Below are positions 10,157-19,646 of a stretch of 64,000 nt of DNA, piece after piece. The position numbers and the translations under genes were made by a program. The stretch is from Nitrososphaerota archaeon. GTDB lineage: Archaea; Thermoproteota; Nitrososphaeria_A; Caldarchaeales; JAVZCJ01. The notes under the pieces are model-generated. The model did no database searches. It saw only the letters and a list, made by a program, of their open reading frames with translations, and was not told the origin of the DNA. The number at the start of each line of letters is the position of its first letter. Position 1 is the stretch's first letter. The stretch is from the NCBI GenBank assembly GCA_038817485.1, contig JAWAZL010000003.1, forward strand, positions 28,479-92,478. The letters run 5' to 3'.

Positions 10157-11611
10157 TTAGCTTATTAATTTCTTCATTATTTGATTTAAAGTATTATCTA
10201 TTTCTTTTTCAATATCTTTATCTAAAGGTTTAGGTTGATGAGTGGATAATATTTTTTCAACTTTCTCTCTTGCTTTCTTAATAGTATCTTTTGCACCCAT
10301 GTCTAACCAAGTTTTTCTAGTTAATCTATCGCTTATTTCTGGAATGAAATGTTCTTTACGCAAATTCTTTAAAGTATGTTTATGTTTTAAATAATGTTTT
10401 CCAGCACCAACACTTTTTATAACATCTAATGCAAGAGTTTCACTATTAACTTCTATTCCATTTAATGCTCTTAAAACCATTCCAATAATTTCATTATCTA
10501 TAACAACTTGTTCATAACTTAAAGTAAGTATTGATTCAAGCATTCCAGAAGATAAATGTATTAAATTTGTTCCTGATAATGCTGGAATTAAAAGTGTTAA
10601 TGCTTTTTCGTATGCAGCCTGTTCATCCATTAATTTTGAGTCTGATATTCCACCAGAACCTACATATGGTATATTATAATATTGCATTAATTGTGCCATT
10701 CCTCCACACATTAAAGCAAGTTCAATACAACCCATTGAAATATTTCCAGTTTTCATATCCATTATAGATGGAAGAGTGCAAAGAAGAGCTGGAGAACGCT
10801 TATTAATAATTTTTGAAAGAATTAAACCACTTAAAATTTCTGCATTTTGCTGAACTATTGAACCCGCAAGAGTAACAGGAGAAGTTGCTCCAGACATTGG
10901 CTCACTAGAAATAATGTGTGGAAGATTTTTTTCAGACATAACCATTAATACTTCAATAGCATCTTTCCCCCATCTAAATGGGCTTGTAATACATGGTGCA
11001 AGAGAAATAATTGGCCTTTTTCTAAGTTCTTCTTCATCTCCAACAATTATAGATGCAATTTTTATTTGATCTAAAGCTCCTTCTCTTCCTTGAGCATCAT
11101 GAAAGAAATGTTTACAAGTATTTTTTAAAGCTATTGCACACCTTATTCTATCAACTCCTATAGGAGGAGTATCTGATGGACTAACTAAAGTAAGATAAAC
11201 ATGAATGTTTTCTAAAGCATCTGCCAATTTAGCTAATTTTACACAATCTTCTATTAAAGCATTCCTTATATTCCCATTTTTATCAAGTACGTATAATGCA
11301 TTTGCTCCTGATGCAAAATATACCATTTTATCCTCTAATTTTACATCATATTCTGGATATCTGCCACATAATGTAATAGTATTAGGTGTATTTCTAATAG
11401 CTTCTTTAACAAGATATTGAGGGAATTTTACTTGTTTTAATTTATAATCAACTTCTGCTCCATTTTTATTAAGAATTTCTAATGCTTTATCATCATGAAA
11501 TTCTATTCCAACAGATTCTAAAACTTCTAAAGTAGCTAAATGAATTTCGTATAGCTCATTTTTAGTAAAAAATCTTAAAGGTTTTTTAACTTTAGCCCCT
11601 TTAATACTCAT
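10157..11611 (-). CDS. MttB-superfamily methyltransferase, second paralog
   Basis: 484 aa. Clear similarity to 7468..8904 across many blocks (GIE/GIK N-terminus, PLxxDxxKEID C-terminus). Confidence 0.75.
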   Translation of the reverse strand: MSIKGAKVKKPLRFFTKNELYEIHLATLEVLESVGIEFHDDKALEILNKNGAEVDYKLKQVKFPQYLVKEAIRNTPNTITLCGRYPEYDVKLEDKMVYFASGANALYVLDKNGNIRNALIEDCVKLAKLADALENIHVYLTLVSPSDTPPIGVDRIRCAIALKNTCKHFFHDAQGREGALDQIKIASIIVGDEEELRKRPIISLAPCITSPFRWGKDAIEVLMVMSEKNLPHIISSEPMSGATSPVTLAGSIVQQNAEILSGLILSKIINKRSPALLCTLPSIMDMKTGNISMGCIELALMCGGMAQLMQYYNIPYVGSGGISDSKLMDEQAAYEKALTLLIPALSGTNLIHLSSGMLESILTLSYEQVVIDNEIIGMVLRALNGIEVNSETLALDVIKSVGAGKHYLKHKHTLKNLRKEHFIPEISDRLTRKTWLDMGAKDTIKKAREKVEKILSTHQPKPLDKDIEKEIDNTLNQIMKKLIS

Positions 11612-11623
11612 ACATTACACCAT

Positions 11624-12274
11624 TCATGAAATTCCCATTAATTCTTTAATTTTAGAAACAGCTTCTATTGCATCTCCAGCCCAAGCATCCGCACCAATTT
11701 CATTAGCATATTTTTGAGTTGTAGCTGCTCCACCAATAATAACTTTCACTTTATTTCTTAAACCTTCCTTCTTTAATTCATCAATTATTTTCTTCATTTC
11801 AGGCAAGGTGCTTGTTAAAAGAGCAGATAATCCTAAAATATTTGCATTCACTTCTTTAACTTTTTTAATAAAAGCTTCTGTAGGAACATCGACTCCAAGA
11901 TCATATACTTCAAAACCATTTGCTGTTAACATAGAAACAACTATGCTTTTACCAATATCATGAAGATCCCCAGCAACTGTTCCAATAACAACTTTACCTA
12001 AACTTTTTAATCCTTTTCCACTTGGAATTAATGGTTTTAAAATTTCAATTGCTGCTTTCATTGCTTCTCCAGCCATTATAAGTTCTGGAAGAAAAATTTC
12101 ACCTTTAGCAAATAATTCTCCTACTTCTCTTATTCCTTTTGTAAATCCTTCTTCAATTGCTTTAATAGGATCTATATTTGCTTTAATAGCTTCTTTTGCA
12201 GCATTAACAGCTTTTTCCACATCAAAACTTAAAATCGATTCTTTAAGCATTTGAAGAATCTTATCTTCATTCAT
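11624..12274 (-). CDS. Corrinoid (cobalamin)-binding protein, MtbC/MttC/MtgC-like
   Basis: B12-binding motif GDLHDIGKSIV (DxHxxG) and Rossmann-like IGLSALLTST. True start at MNEDKILQ (12274); the ORF-track N-terminal 71 aa extension is low-complexity. Confidence 0.85.
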   Translation of the reverse strand: MNEDKILQMLKESILSFDVEKAVNAAKEAIKANIDPIKAIEEGFTKGIREVGELFAKGEIFLPELIMAGEAMKAAIEILKPLIPSGKGLKSLGKVVIGTVAGDLHDIGKSIVVSMLTANGFEVYDLGVDVPTEAFIKKVKEVNANILGLSALLTSTLPEMKKIIDELKKEGLRNKVKVIIGGAATTQKYANEIGADAWAGDAIEAVSKIKELMGIS

Positions 12275-12349
12275 AAAATATTTAAAAAAATATAATGAAT
12301 ATATATTTTTAAAGAAAAATTTAAATAATCTAAAATATATAGAAATTTC

Positions 12350-12691
12350 ATGTGTCCTACAAGAATTTTTAAAATAGAACCGAAAGTTGAGTGGGAAGAA
12401 CTTTTTAAGGATAGAGGAAAATGGCTTTTTGGAATATATGTTCCAAAAGCTACAAATAGAAGTGAAGTGAAAAAACTTGAGAAACATAAATATCCAGAAT
12501 TGTTTTATTTAATAGATGGAGAAGTAACTTTAGTATTAAAAGAAAATAGAGAAATTAAAGAATTGCCTCTTAAAAAAGATGAGGTAGTAATAATAGATAC
12601 ATGGCATAATGGTTATAGGCCAATGGGTAAAAATGGAATATGCTTAGTAATAGAAAGGGATAAAAATCCAACAAGGTATATAAAAATATAA
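12350..12691 (+). CDS. Small cupin-like hypothetical protein
   Basis: 113 aa beta-rich sequence. Divergent from the corrinoid gene once its start is corrected. Confidence 0.35.
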   Translation: MCPTRIFKIEPKVEWEELFKDRGKWLFGIYVPKATNRSEVKKLEKHKYPELFYLIDGEVTLVLKENREIKELPLKKDEVVIIDTWHNGYRPMGKNGICLVIERDKNPTRYIKI

Positions 12692-12692
12692 A

Positions 12693-13217
12693 CTAATAAT
12701 CAATTTTTAAAAAAATGCTACATATAGTTTTATTTTCATTCCTATATGAATATCTTATAATAAATTCAGCAAAAGTAACATTTCTTGGAATTGAAAAAAC
12801 AATGTGACCTTTTACTTTCTTATTGGAATCTATAAAACCTAATAAACTAAACCAATCATGAGTAAAATAATGTCCATAATAATCTTTCCCATTAATTTTT
12901 AATATTGCAATATATTTAAATGGATCAAAAAATTTCTTTTCAAGACTAAAGTTTATTAGAGTAATATTAATTATTAAGAGTTTATATTGTGAAGGAGCAA
13001 TTCTAATAGGAATCATTATTCCAGACCTTTTAGCAAAAATTTTATCAACAATTTTAGTAGAATTTAAAACGATTAAAAAATCTTTATTTAATGAAAATGT
13101 ATTAGGAAATGTTGAATATTTTTGAAATAAATCAAATTGAAAAATTTTCAAAATAAAGGATAATAAAAAAGTAATAGAAAGTATTACGATTAAGTATGTA
13201 AGTCTTTTTTTATTCAT
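12693..13217 (-). CDS. Hypothetical membrane-anchored or secreted protein
   Basis: N-terminal TM/signal (LIVILSITFLLSFIL); no recognised domain. Confidence 0.35.
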   Translation of the reverse strand: MNKKRLTYLIVILSITFLLSFILKIFQFDLFQKYSTFPNTFSLNKDFLIVLNSTKIVDKIFAKRSGIMIPIRIAPSQYKLLIINITLINFSLEKKFFDPFKYIAILKINGKDYYGHYFTHDWFSLLGFIDSNKKVKGHIVFSIPRNVTFAEFIIRYSYRNENKTICSIFLKIDY

Positions 13218-13297
13218 AAATATAATTCTTATAAGGAATAATAAAAATATTTAAAGATGTTGAAATATAGAAAATTATTAAAAAAAGTGAGTTATAA

Positions 13298-14377
13298 ATG
13301 GTTTCTGTAAGAGCTGTTAATATAAGTAAAAAATTCGGAGATACTATAGCTGTAAATCATGTAAATCTAGAAGTAAAGGATAAAGAATTTGTAACTATAC
13401 TTGGACCAAGTGGATGTGGAAAAACAACAACTTTAAGAATAATTGCTGGATTAGTTTATCCAGATACTGGAGATGTATTTTTTGATGATAAAAGAGTAAC
13501 AGATTTGCCACCATATAAAAGGAGAATAGGATTTGTTTTTCAAAGAGTTGCTTTATTTCCACATATGAATGTATATAATAATATTGCTTTTGGATTAAAG
13601 AATTTAAAATATTCAAAAGAAGAAATCGATAAAAAAGTAAAAGAAGTGCTTGAATTAGTACATATGAGCGGATTTGAAAAGAGAATGCCAAGAGAACTTA
13701 GTGGTGGGCAAGCACAAAGAGTTGAAATTGCAAGAGTTTTAGCATTAGATCCAGAAGTATTATTATTTGATGAGCCATTAAGTAATTTGGATGCAAAACT
13801 TAGAGATGGATTAAAGTATGAGATTAGAAGATTACAAAGAGAAACAGGGAAAACTGCAATCTATGTAACACATGATCAAGCAGAAGCATTTGCTATATCT
13901 GATAGAATATATGTAATGAATGAAGGAACTATACAACAAGTGGGGACACCAATAGAATTATACTTAAATCCTAAAACTTCTTTCGTAGCAGATTTTATAG
14001 GAACAACTAATTTTCTTAAAGGTAAAATAATTGAGGTCTCTCCTTCAGAAGTAAAAGTTGAGATTGAAAGTGGAGATATAATAAAAACTCCTCCTTTACC
14101 AAATATAAATGAATTTAAAGTAAATGATAATGTATTAGTATCTATTAGACCTGAAGATATAGAAGTAGTAAATGGAGAAAGAGAAAAATTTTTAAATATT
14201 CTTAAAGGGAAAATAGACCAATCAACATTTACTGGATTAACTACTAGATTACTTGTTTTAATAAATAATTCATTAATTAAAGTAGATGTTCAAGGGCCTA
14301 AAAGATTTGAATATATAGATAAGCAAGGGAAAGAAATATCTATAGGGTTTAGTAGATGTATTTTAATTAAAAGATAA
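13298..14377 (+). CDS. ABC transporter ATP-binding protein, MalK-like, paralog of 6320..7417
   Basis: Walker A GPSGCGKTT, LSGGQAQR, LFDEPLSNLD, VTHDQ. It shares 30-40 nt identical runs with the other ATPase at the conserved motifs. Confidence 0.85.
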   Translation: MVSVRAVNISKKFGDTIAVNHVNLEVKDKEFVTILGPSGCGKTTTLRIIAGLVYPDTGDVFFDDKRVTDLPPYKRRIGFVFQRVALFPHMNVYNNIAFGLKNLKYSKEEIDKKVKEVLELVHMSGFEKRMPRELSGGQAQRVEIARVLALDPEVLLFDEPLSNLDAKLRDGLKYEIRRLQRETGKTAIYVTHDQAEAFAISDRIYVMNEGTIQQVGTPIELYLNPKTSFVADFIGTTNFLKGKIIEVSPSEVKVEIESGDIIKTPPLPNINEFKVNDNVLVSIRPEDIEVVNGEREKFLNILKGKIDQSTFTGLTTRLLVLINNSLIKVDVQGPKRFEYIDKQGKEISIGFSRCILIKR

Positions 14378-14443
14378 ATAGTTTATCCCATTTAATTAAT
14401 AAATAAATATTAAAGAATTTTTATTTTAAATTTGGTGGTAAGA

Positions 14444-15508
14444 ATGAGCTATGAGCATTTTATGTATAGAGAAGTATTAGAACAACCAGAAGTATTCGAA
14501 AAAATAATTAAAGGGAAAAGAGATGAAATAAACAAAATTGCTGAAAAAATGATTAAAAGAAAATTCGATTCTATTTATTTTATTGGATGCGGTTCCTCAT
14601 ATTATGCAAGTCAAATAGGATCATTTTATATAAGCAATTATACAAATTTATATACTAATGCTTTACCATCATCTGAATTTATTTATTATAAACCATCATA
14701 TATTAAAAAAGGCTCACTTTTAGTATTCTTATCTAGATCTGGTGAAACTACTGAAACTGTTAAAGCTTTAAAATATGCAAAAAAACTAGGTTTAGAAACA
14801 TTAGCAATATCAAATAATCCAAATAGTAGTTTAGCTAAAGAAGCAAAATATTTTATAGATATTAATGCAGGTGAAGAGAAAAGTGTTGTAATGACTAAAA
14901 CTTTTTCAGGTTCAATACTTATATTACAACTTTTAGCTTTTAGAATAAGTATACTTAAAAGAAATAAAACTATAAAAAAATTTTTAAATGAAATAGAAAA
15001 ATTACCAAATTATGCGAGACAATTAATAAAAAATGAAGAAGAGAAGATTAAAAAAATAGTTGATAAATATAATAGTTATAAAATAATATTTCTAGGTTCA
15101 GGACCAAATTATCCAATAAGTTTAGAATCTGCTTTAAAACTTAGAGAAACATCTTATTTAATGACAGAATCATTTCATGTTTTAGAATTTAGGCATGGAC
15201 CAATGGCTGAAGTAGATGAAAAAACTTTAATAATCATTATAGCTCCAAAAGGAATTGATAAAAAAATATTTATAGATTTAATGAAAGATATAAAAAATAA
15301 AAATGGAGAAATATTAGCTATTACAAATATAAAAGAAATATTAGAAGAAGCGACAGTTTCTATAAATCTTCCAGAAGGAATATTAGAAGAAATTTCTCCT
15401 TCCATAAGCGTGATTCCAAATCAATTATTTGCATACTATACTTCGATTGGAAAAGGATACGATCCAGATAATCCTAGACATTTATCAAAAGTAGTTAAAT
15501 TAAAGTAA
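14444..15508 (+). CDS. Tandem-SIS-domain sugar-phosphate isomerase/deaminase (AgaS / GlmS-C-terminal-like)
   Basis: SIS motifs GCGSSYYAS and SRSGETTET, plus a second SIS-like half. Confidence 0.7.
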   Translation: MSYEHFMYREVLEQPEVFEKIIKGKRDEINKIAEKMIKRKFDSIYFIGCGSSYYASQIGSFYISNYTNLYTNALPSSEFIYYKPSYIKKGSLLVFLSRSGETTETVKALKYAKKLGLETLAISNNPNSSLAKEAKYFIDINAGEEKSVVMTKTFSGSILILQLLAFRISILKRNKTIKKFLNEIEKLPNYARQLIKNEEEKIKKIVDKYNSYKIIFLGSGPNYPISLESALKLRETSYLMTESFHVLEFRHGPMAEVDEKTLIIIIAPKGIDKKIFIDLMKDIKNKNGEILAITNIKEILEEATVSINLPEGILEEISPSISVIPNQLFAYYTSIGKGYDPDNPRHLSKVVKLK

Positions 15509-15520
15509 AGGAAATTAAAA

Positions 15521-16459
15521 ATGAATATAGAAGCTTTAGCAATTGGAGAAATAGGAATAGATATAATCGCTACAGGTTTTAAGAAAATACCAAAAAGTTG
15601 GAGTGAGCCTGAAAAATTAAGTCATATAGGAATATATGTTGCAGGTGCAGCTGGATATTTTATTGAATGCCTCTCAAGGCTTGGGCTTAAATGCGGAATA
15701 ATTGGAAAAATAGGAGAAGATGAGTGGGGACAAATTATAAAAAGAGGGCTTGAAAAAGAAAAAGTTTCAACAGAATATTTAATTATTGATAAAAATAAAG
15801 CTACTGAAGTTACTTTAATATTAATCTTTAAAAATAAAAAGAAGATACAATTTATTACACCTATACCTCAATTAGAATTTAATGAAATAAATTTTGAATG
15901 CTTTAAAGGGATTAAATTATTGCATTTTTCTGGTTATCTTTTATTACCTAGCTTATGGGGAGAAAAAGCAATAGAAATTTTTAAAATAGCAAAAGAAAAT
16001 AAAGTATTAACTTGTTTAAATCCTCAAGCAAGCATAACTGGAGATTGGGTTACACCATTTAAAAATAATTTATTAGAATATGTAGATGTATTAACACTTG
16101 ATGAAGAAGAGGCAAGAAAAATTACTAAACAAAAAAATTTAAGAAATTGTATAAAGAAATTGCATGAAATGGGTTCAAAAATAATTGCTATAAAAGCAGG
16201 AAGAAAAGGATGCATTTTAAGTAATGGAAAAGAAATATTAAAAATACCAAGTTATAAAGTAAATGTAGTTTGTACTGTAGGTGCAGGAGATGCTTTTGAT
16301 GCTGCTTTTCTATATGCTTTATTAAATAATTGGAAATTAGAATATGCTGGGAAATTTGCAAATGCTGCTGCAGCACTTAGTACAACAAAAATGGATTGTA
16401 AAGAAGGGTTTGAAAATATAGAACAAATAAAAGAGTTTATGAATAAATATAAAATTTAA
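15521..16459 (+). CDS. PfkB-family carbohydrate kinase
   Basis: C-terminal PfkB signature TVGAGDAFDAAFL; N-terminal GxGxD region. Confidence 0.8.
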   Translation: MNIEALAIGEIGIDIIATGFKKIPKSWSEPEKLSHIGIYVAGAAGYFIECLSRLGLKCGIIGKIGEDEWGQIIKRGLEKEKVSTEYLIIDKNKATEVTLILIFKNKKKIQFITPIPQLEFNEINFECFKGIKLLHFSGYLLLPSLWGEKAIEIFKIAKENKVLTCLNPQASITGDWVTPFKNNLLEYVDVLTLDEEEARKITKQKNLRNCIKKLHEMGSKIIAIKAGRKGCILSNGKEILKIPSYKVNVVCTVGAGDAFDAAFLYALLNNWKLEYAGKFANAAAALSTTKMDCKEGFENIEQIKEFMNKYKI

Positions 16460-16497
16460 ATAAATAAAAAATAATAAATATTTGTTAAGGTGGTTAA

Positions 16498-16929
16498 ATG
16501 AAAACATTTTTTAAAGATATAGTAATTGAAACAAAGAAGAATAGTGAATTAATAAATATAACAGATATAGTGAAAAAAGCAATTAATGAATCTAATATTA
16601 AGAATGGTTTTACAATTGTTTTTTCACATCATACAACAACTGGAATATTGATAAATGAGAATGAACCTGGATTGGAAATAGATATAATGAATTATTTAAA
16701 GAGAATAACACCAGAAGAAGATGATTATTTTCATCACCATTACTTTTATAAAGATGGAAGGATGGCAGTGAATGCATGGGCTCATTTTAGAAGCATATTA
16801 ACTGGATTGAATGCTATTATCCTTATAAGAAATGGAGAGGCAATACTCGGTTCAAGAGAAAATGTTTACTTAGCTGAATTTGATGGACCAAAAGAAAGAA
16901 AAGTAACAATAATGGTTATAGGTGAATAA
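16498..16929 (+). CDS. YjbQ/UPF0047 family protein (secondary thiamine-phosphate synthase-like)
   Basis: Motifs HHTTTGILINENEPG and HFRSILTG typical of the YjbQ family. A GGTGG ribosome-binding site lies upstream. Confidence 0.7.
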   Translation: MKTFFKDIVIETKKNSELINITDIVKKAINESNIKNGFTIVFSHHTTTGILINENEPGLEIDIMNYLKRITPEEDDYFHHHYFYKDGRMAVNAWAHFRSILTGLNAIILIRNGEAILGSRENVYLAEFDGPKERKVTIMVIGE

Positions 16930-16930
16930 A

Positions 16931-17776
16931 ATGAGAGTAATAGATTTTCATGTGCACCCACTTGTTAAAGAGGCTTTTGAAGAAGATAAAAATTTATGGA
17001 ATGCACAAAGAGAAGTTTTTGTTCTTTTTACCTCTCCGCAACCAACAAGTACTTTAATAAATCAATTAAAAGAAGTTGAAGTAGAAAAAGCAGTATTGCT
17101 TCCAATAGATTGCAGTAGTAAATGGAATTATAAAATTCCATCAAATGAAATTGTTGCAAAAATTGTAGAAAAATTTCCAGAAATCTTTATAGGATTTGCT
17201 AGCATAGACCCAAATAAAGAAAATGCGATAGAAGAATTAAATAAAAGTATTAAAAAACTTAATTTAAAAGGAGTTAAACTTAATCCAGCAATGCAATCTT
17301 TTAATCCATTATCTGAAAAAGCAAAAGAAATATATAATGAAATAAATGATATGAAATTACCTTTAATAGTTCATACTGGAATGGTTTGGCAATCAAAATA
17401 TTCAATAGAATATTGTAATCCAATGATATGGGATAAAATAGCTAAAGAATATACAGAAATGAAGATTATTCTTGCTCATTTTGGTTGGCCATGGGTATGG
17501 GAAGCAGCAATAGTAGCTATGAGAAATGAGAATGTTTACTTAGATATATCAAACACATTTACTGGAACATGTTTTGAACATATGAAATATTTATTAACAG
17601 AAGCAATACCAAAAAGAGTTACTGAAAGATTTTTAGGAGATAAAATAATTTTTGGATCAGATTATCCTAGAATAGAAGTACCTAAAATGGTTTTAGCAAT
17701 AAAAAATTTAGATATTAATGAAGAAGTAAAAGCAAAAATATTATATGAAAATGCCTTAAAAATATTGAAAGCATAG
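16931..17776 (+). CDS. Metal-dependent amidohydrolase (amidohydrolase-2 / TIM-barrel hydrolase)
   Basis: N-terminal IDFHVHP and internal HxGxxW metal-binding patterns; ATG at 16931 preceded by GGTG. Confidence 0.65.
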   Translation: MRVIDFHVHPLVKEAFEEDKNLWNAQREVFVLFTSPQPTSTLINQLKEVEVEKAVLLPIDCSSKWNYKIPSNEIVAKIVEKFPEIFIGFASIDPNKENAIEELNKSIKKLNLKGVKLNPAMQSFNPLSEKAKEIYNEINDMKLPLIVHTGMVWQSKYSIEYCNPMIWDKIAKEYTEMKIILAHFGWPWVWEAAIVAMRNENVYLDISNTFTGTCFEHMKYLLTEAIPKRVTERFLGDKIIFGSDYPRIEVPKMVLAIKNLDINEEVKAKILYENALKILKA

Positions 17777-18014
17777 CAAATTATAAAGTTTTAGAATATT
17801 AAATAGATATTAAGTTTCCCAATATTATATAATTTATTAAGGCAACATATTATGAGCTAAAGATTTCTGAAGAATGAATGATGATAGACATTTTTCATAG
17901 AAACAAATTCATAAGATGTGTACTAAATAAATATGAAAATATTTGAATAATTTAGCAATATACATGATTCAAAAAGGAGTCTATATTACTCTTAAATGAA
18001 TGAGCACATTAAAC

Positions 18015-18737
18015 TTAAGACACATTATAATAAATTCTTTTCTTATTTTTCCCTTTATTCTCTATTTTTAAAAGGATTATCTCACCTATTTCTTTAGTAT
18101 TTTTTACATGTGGCCCTCCATCTGCTTGAATATCTATTCCAGGTATTTCAACAATTCTTAATGTTTCTATTTCAGGTGGCATTTTCTCTGCAAGTTTAAT
18201 TATTCCAGGTATTTTTAATGCTTCTTCTCTTTTTAAAAAGTATATTTTGACTTCTATTTCTTTTTTTACAATTTCATTAGCTTTTCTTATAGCTTCTTCA
18301 AATATTGCTTTATCAAATTTTTCTAAACTAAAATCATCTTTTGCATAATTTTCATTTATATGCCCACCAGTTATTAATGCTCCATAATCTTTATACATAA
18401 TAGAAGAAATTATATGCGCAGCAGTATGCAATCTCATTAATTTATATCTTCTATTCCAATCTATTATTCCTTCAATCTCATCTCCTATAGAAAAATTAGG
18501 TTCATTTTCCAATATGTGAATAACATTATTTGTTTCTAAATCAAGTTTAACATCCACAACTTTATACTTCTCTTTATTTTTAAATAAGAAGCCAATATCA
18601 TTAGTTATTCCTCCAGTTAATGGATGAAAAATTGTTTCATCAAGTATAACTTCTTTTCCATTTAAACCAATTACTTTGGCTTTAAAATTTTTTTGGTAAC
18701 TATCATATAGATATAATAATTCCGTAGGCATTTTCAA
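18015..18737 (-). CDS. alaX: AlaX-M-type alanyl-tRNA editing protein (free-standing AlaRS editing domain)
   Basis: Zinc-binding HTAAH and GGHI motifs, 240 aa. Confidence 0.7.
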   Translation of the reverse strand: MKMPTELLYLYDSYQKNFKAKVIGLNGKEVILDETIFHPLTGGITNDIGFLFKNKEKYKVVDVKLDLETNNVIHILENEPNFSIGDEIEGIIDWNRRYKLMRLHTAAHIISSIMYKDYGALITGGHINENYAKDDFSLEKFDKAIFEEAIRKANEIVKKEIEVKIYFLKREEALKIPGIIKLAEKMPPEIETLRIVEIPGIDIQADGGPHVKNTKEIGEIILLKIENKGKNKKRIYYNVS

Positions 18738-18924
18738 TATTTTAATTAGTTTAAAGATATTAATAAATTTAATGAATTATAATCATTTAATGAAGAAATA
18801 AAATCTCAAGTTTCTTTAAGAAGTATTACCTTAAAAAAAAAGAAGTTAAATATGCATTAAGCCAGTATTTTAATGCTTAATCAAATAAATTTATTGAAGT
18901 ATATCATATTGAGAAAGATAAAGT

Positions 18925-19524
18925 ATGAAAATTAAATTATTTATCTTTGATTTAGATAGAACTATAGTAGTTCTTCCAATAAATTGGATTAAAGTAAAAA
19001 AAGAAATTAATAAGAAATTAGAAATTAAAGAAAAATTAACTCCATTATTTCCAAAAATTGAAAAATTAACATATAATAACCTCACATTAAGGAAGAAAAT
19101 ATTTGAAATTATTGAGAAAGAAGAAATTAAAATAGTTAAGAAAATTTCTTATAATCCTGAAATATATAGAATTTTTAGAGAATTAAAAAATAGAAAATAT
19201 AAAATAGCTTTAATTACTTTTCAAAGTAAAAAAGCAGCATTAAAAATATTAAAAAAATTGAAAATTTTAAATTTCTTCAATAATATCTTAACAAGAGAAG
19301 ATTCTATAAATAGAGAAGAACAAATAAGAATTACTTTAAATAAATTTGGTTTTGAACCTTCAAAAGTTATTGTTATAGCTGATAAAGATGAAGATATTTT
19401 AGCAGCTAAGAAAATTGGTTGTAAAACAATAGCTGTAAGAAATAAAAAAATTAATTCAAATTATAAAATAAGAAAAATCACAGAATTATTAAATATTTTA
19501 AATGAAATTAATAAAAAATTTTAA
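18925..19524 (+). CDS. HAD-superfamily hydrolase
   Basis: Motif I FIFDLDRTIV (DxD) and later D-rich motif IADKDEDI. Confidence 0.7.
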   Translation: MKIKLFIFDLDRTIVVLPINWIKVKKEINKKLEIKEKLTPLFPKIEKLTYNNLTLRKKIFEIIEKEEIKIVKKISYNPEIYRIFRELKNRKYKIALITFQSKKAALKILKKLKILNFFNNILTREDSINREEQIRITLNKFGFEPSKVIVIADKDEDILAAKKIGCKTIAVRNKKINSNYKIRKITELLNILNEINKKF

Positions 19525-19646
19525 TAGAAAGAATTAAGTTTTTCTATTTTTAGGGATAAATATAAAGAATAAACTTTTAATTTAAGAAAAGCATATTTTT
19601 TAAAATCATTTGATGGGAGAATTAATTCTTAAAAAAAGTGATCCTG

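Noticed and set aside
11624-12487. 287-aa ORF-track version of the corrinoid protein, and other long N-terminal extensions (DNA ligase 6212, CutA 49949, dapB 27560, B3/4 46887, radical SAM 30995)
   Set aside because: The extensions are low-complexity, lack homology-like features, and would create divergent gene overlaps. Internal Met codons were chosen, with Shine-Dalgarno-like GGTG motifs where visible.
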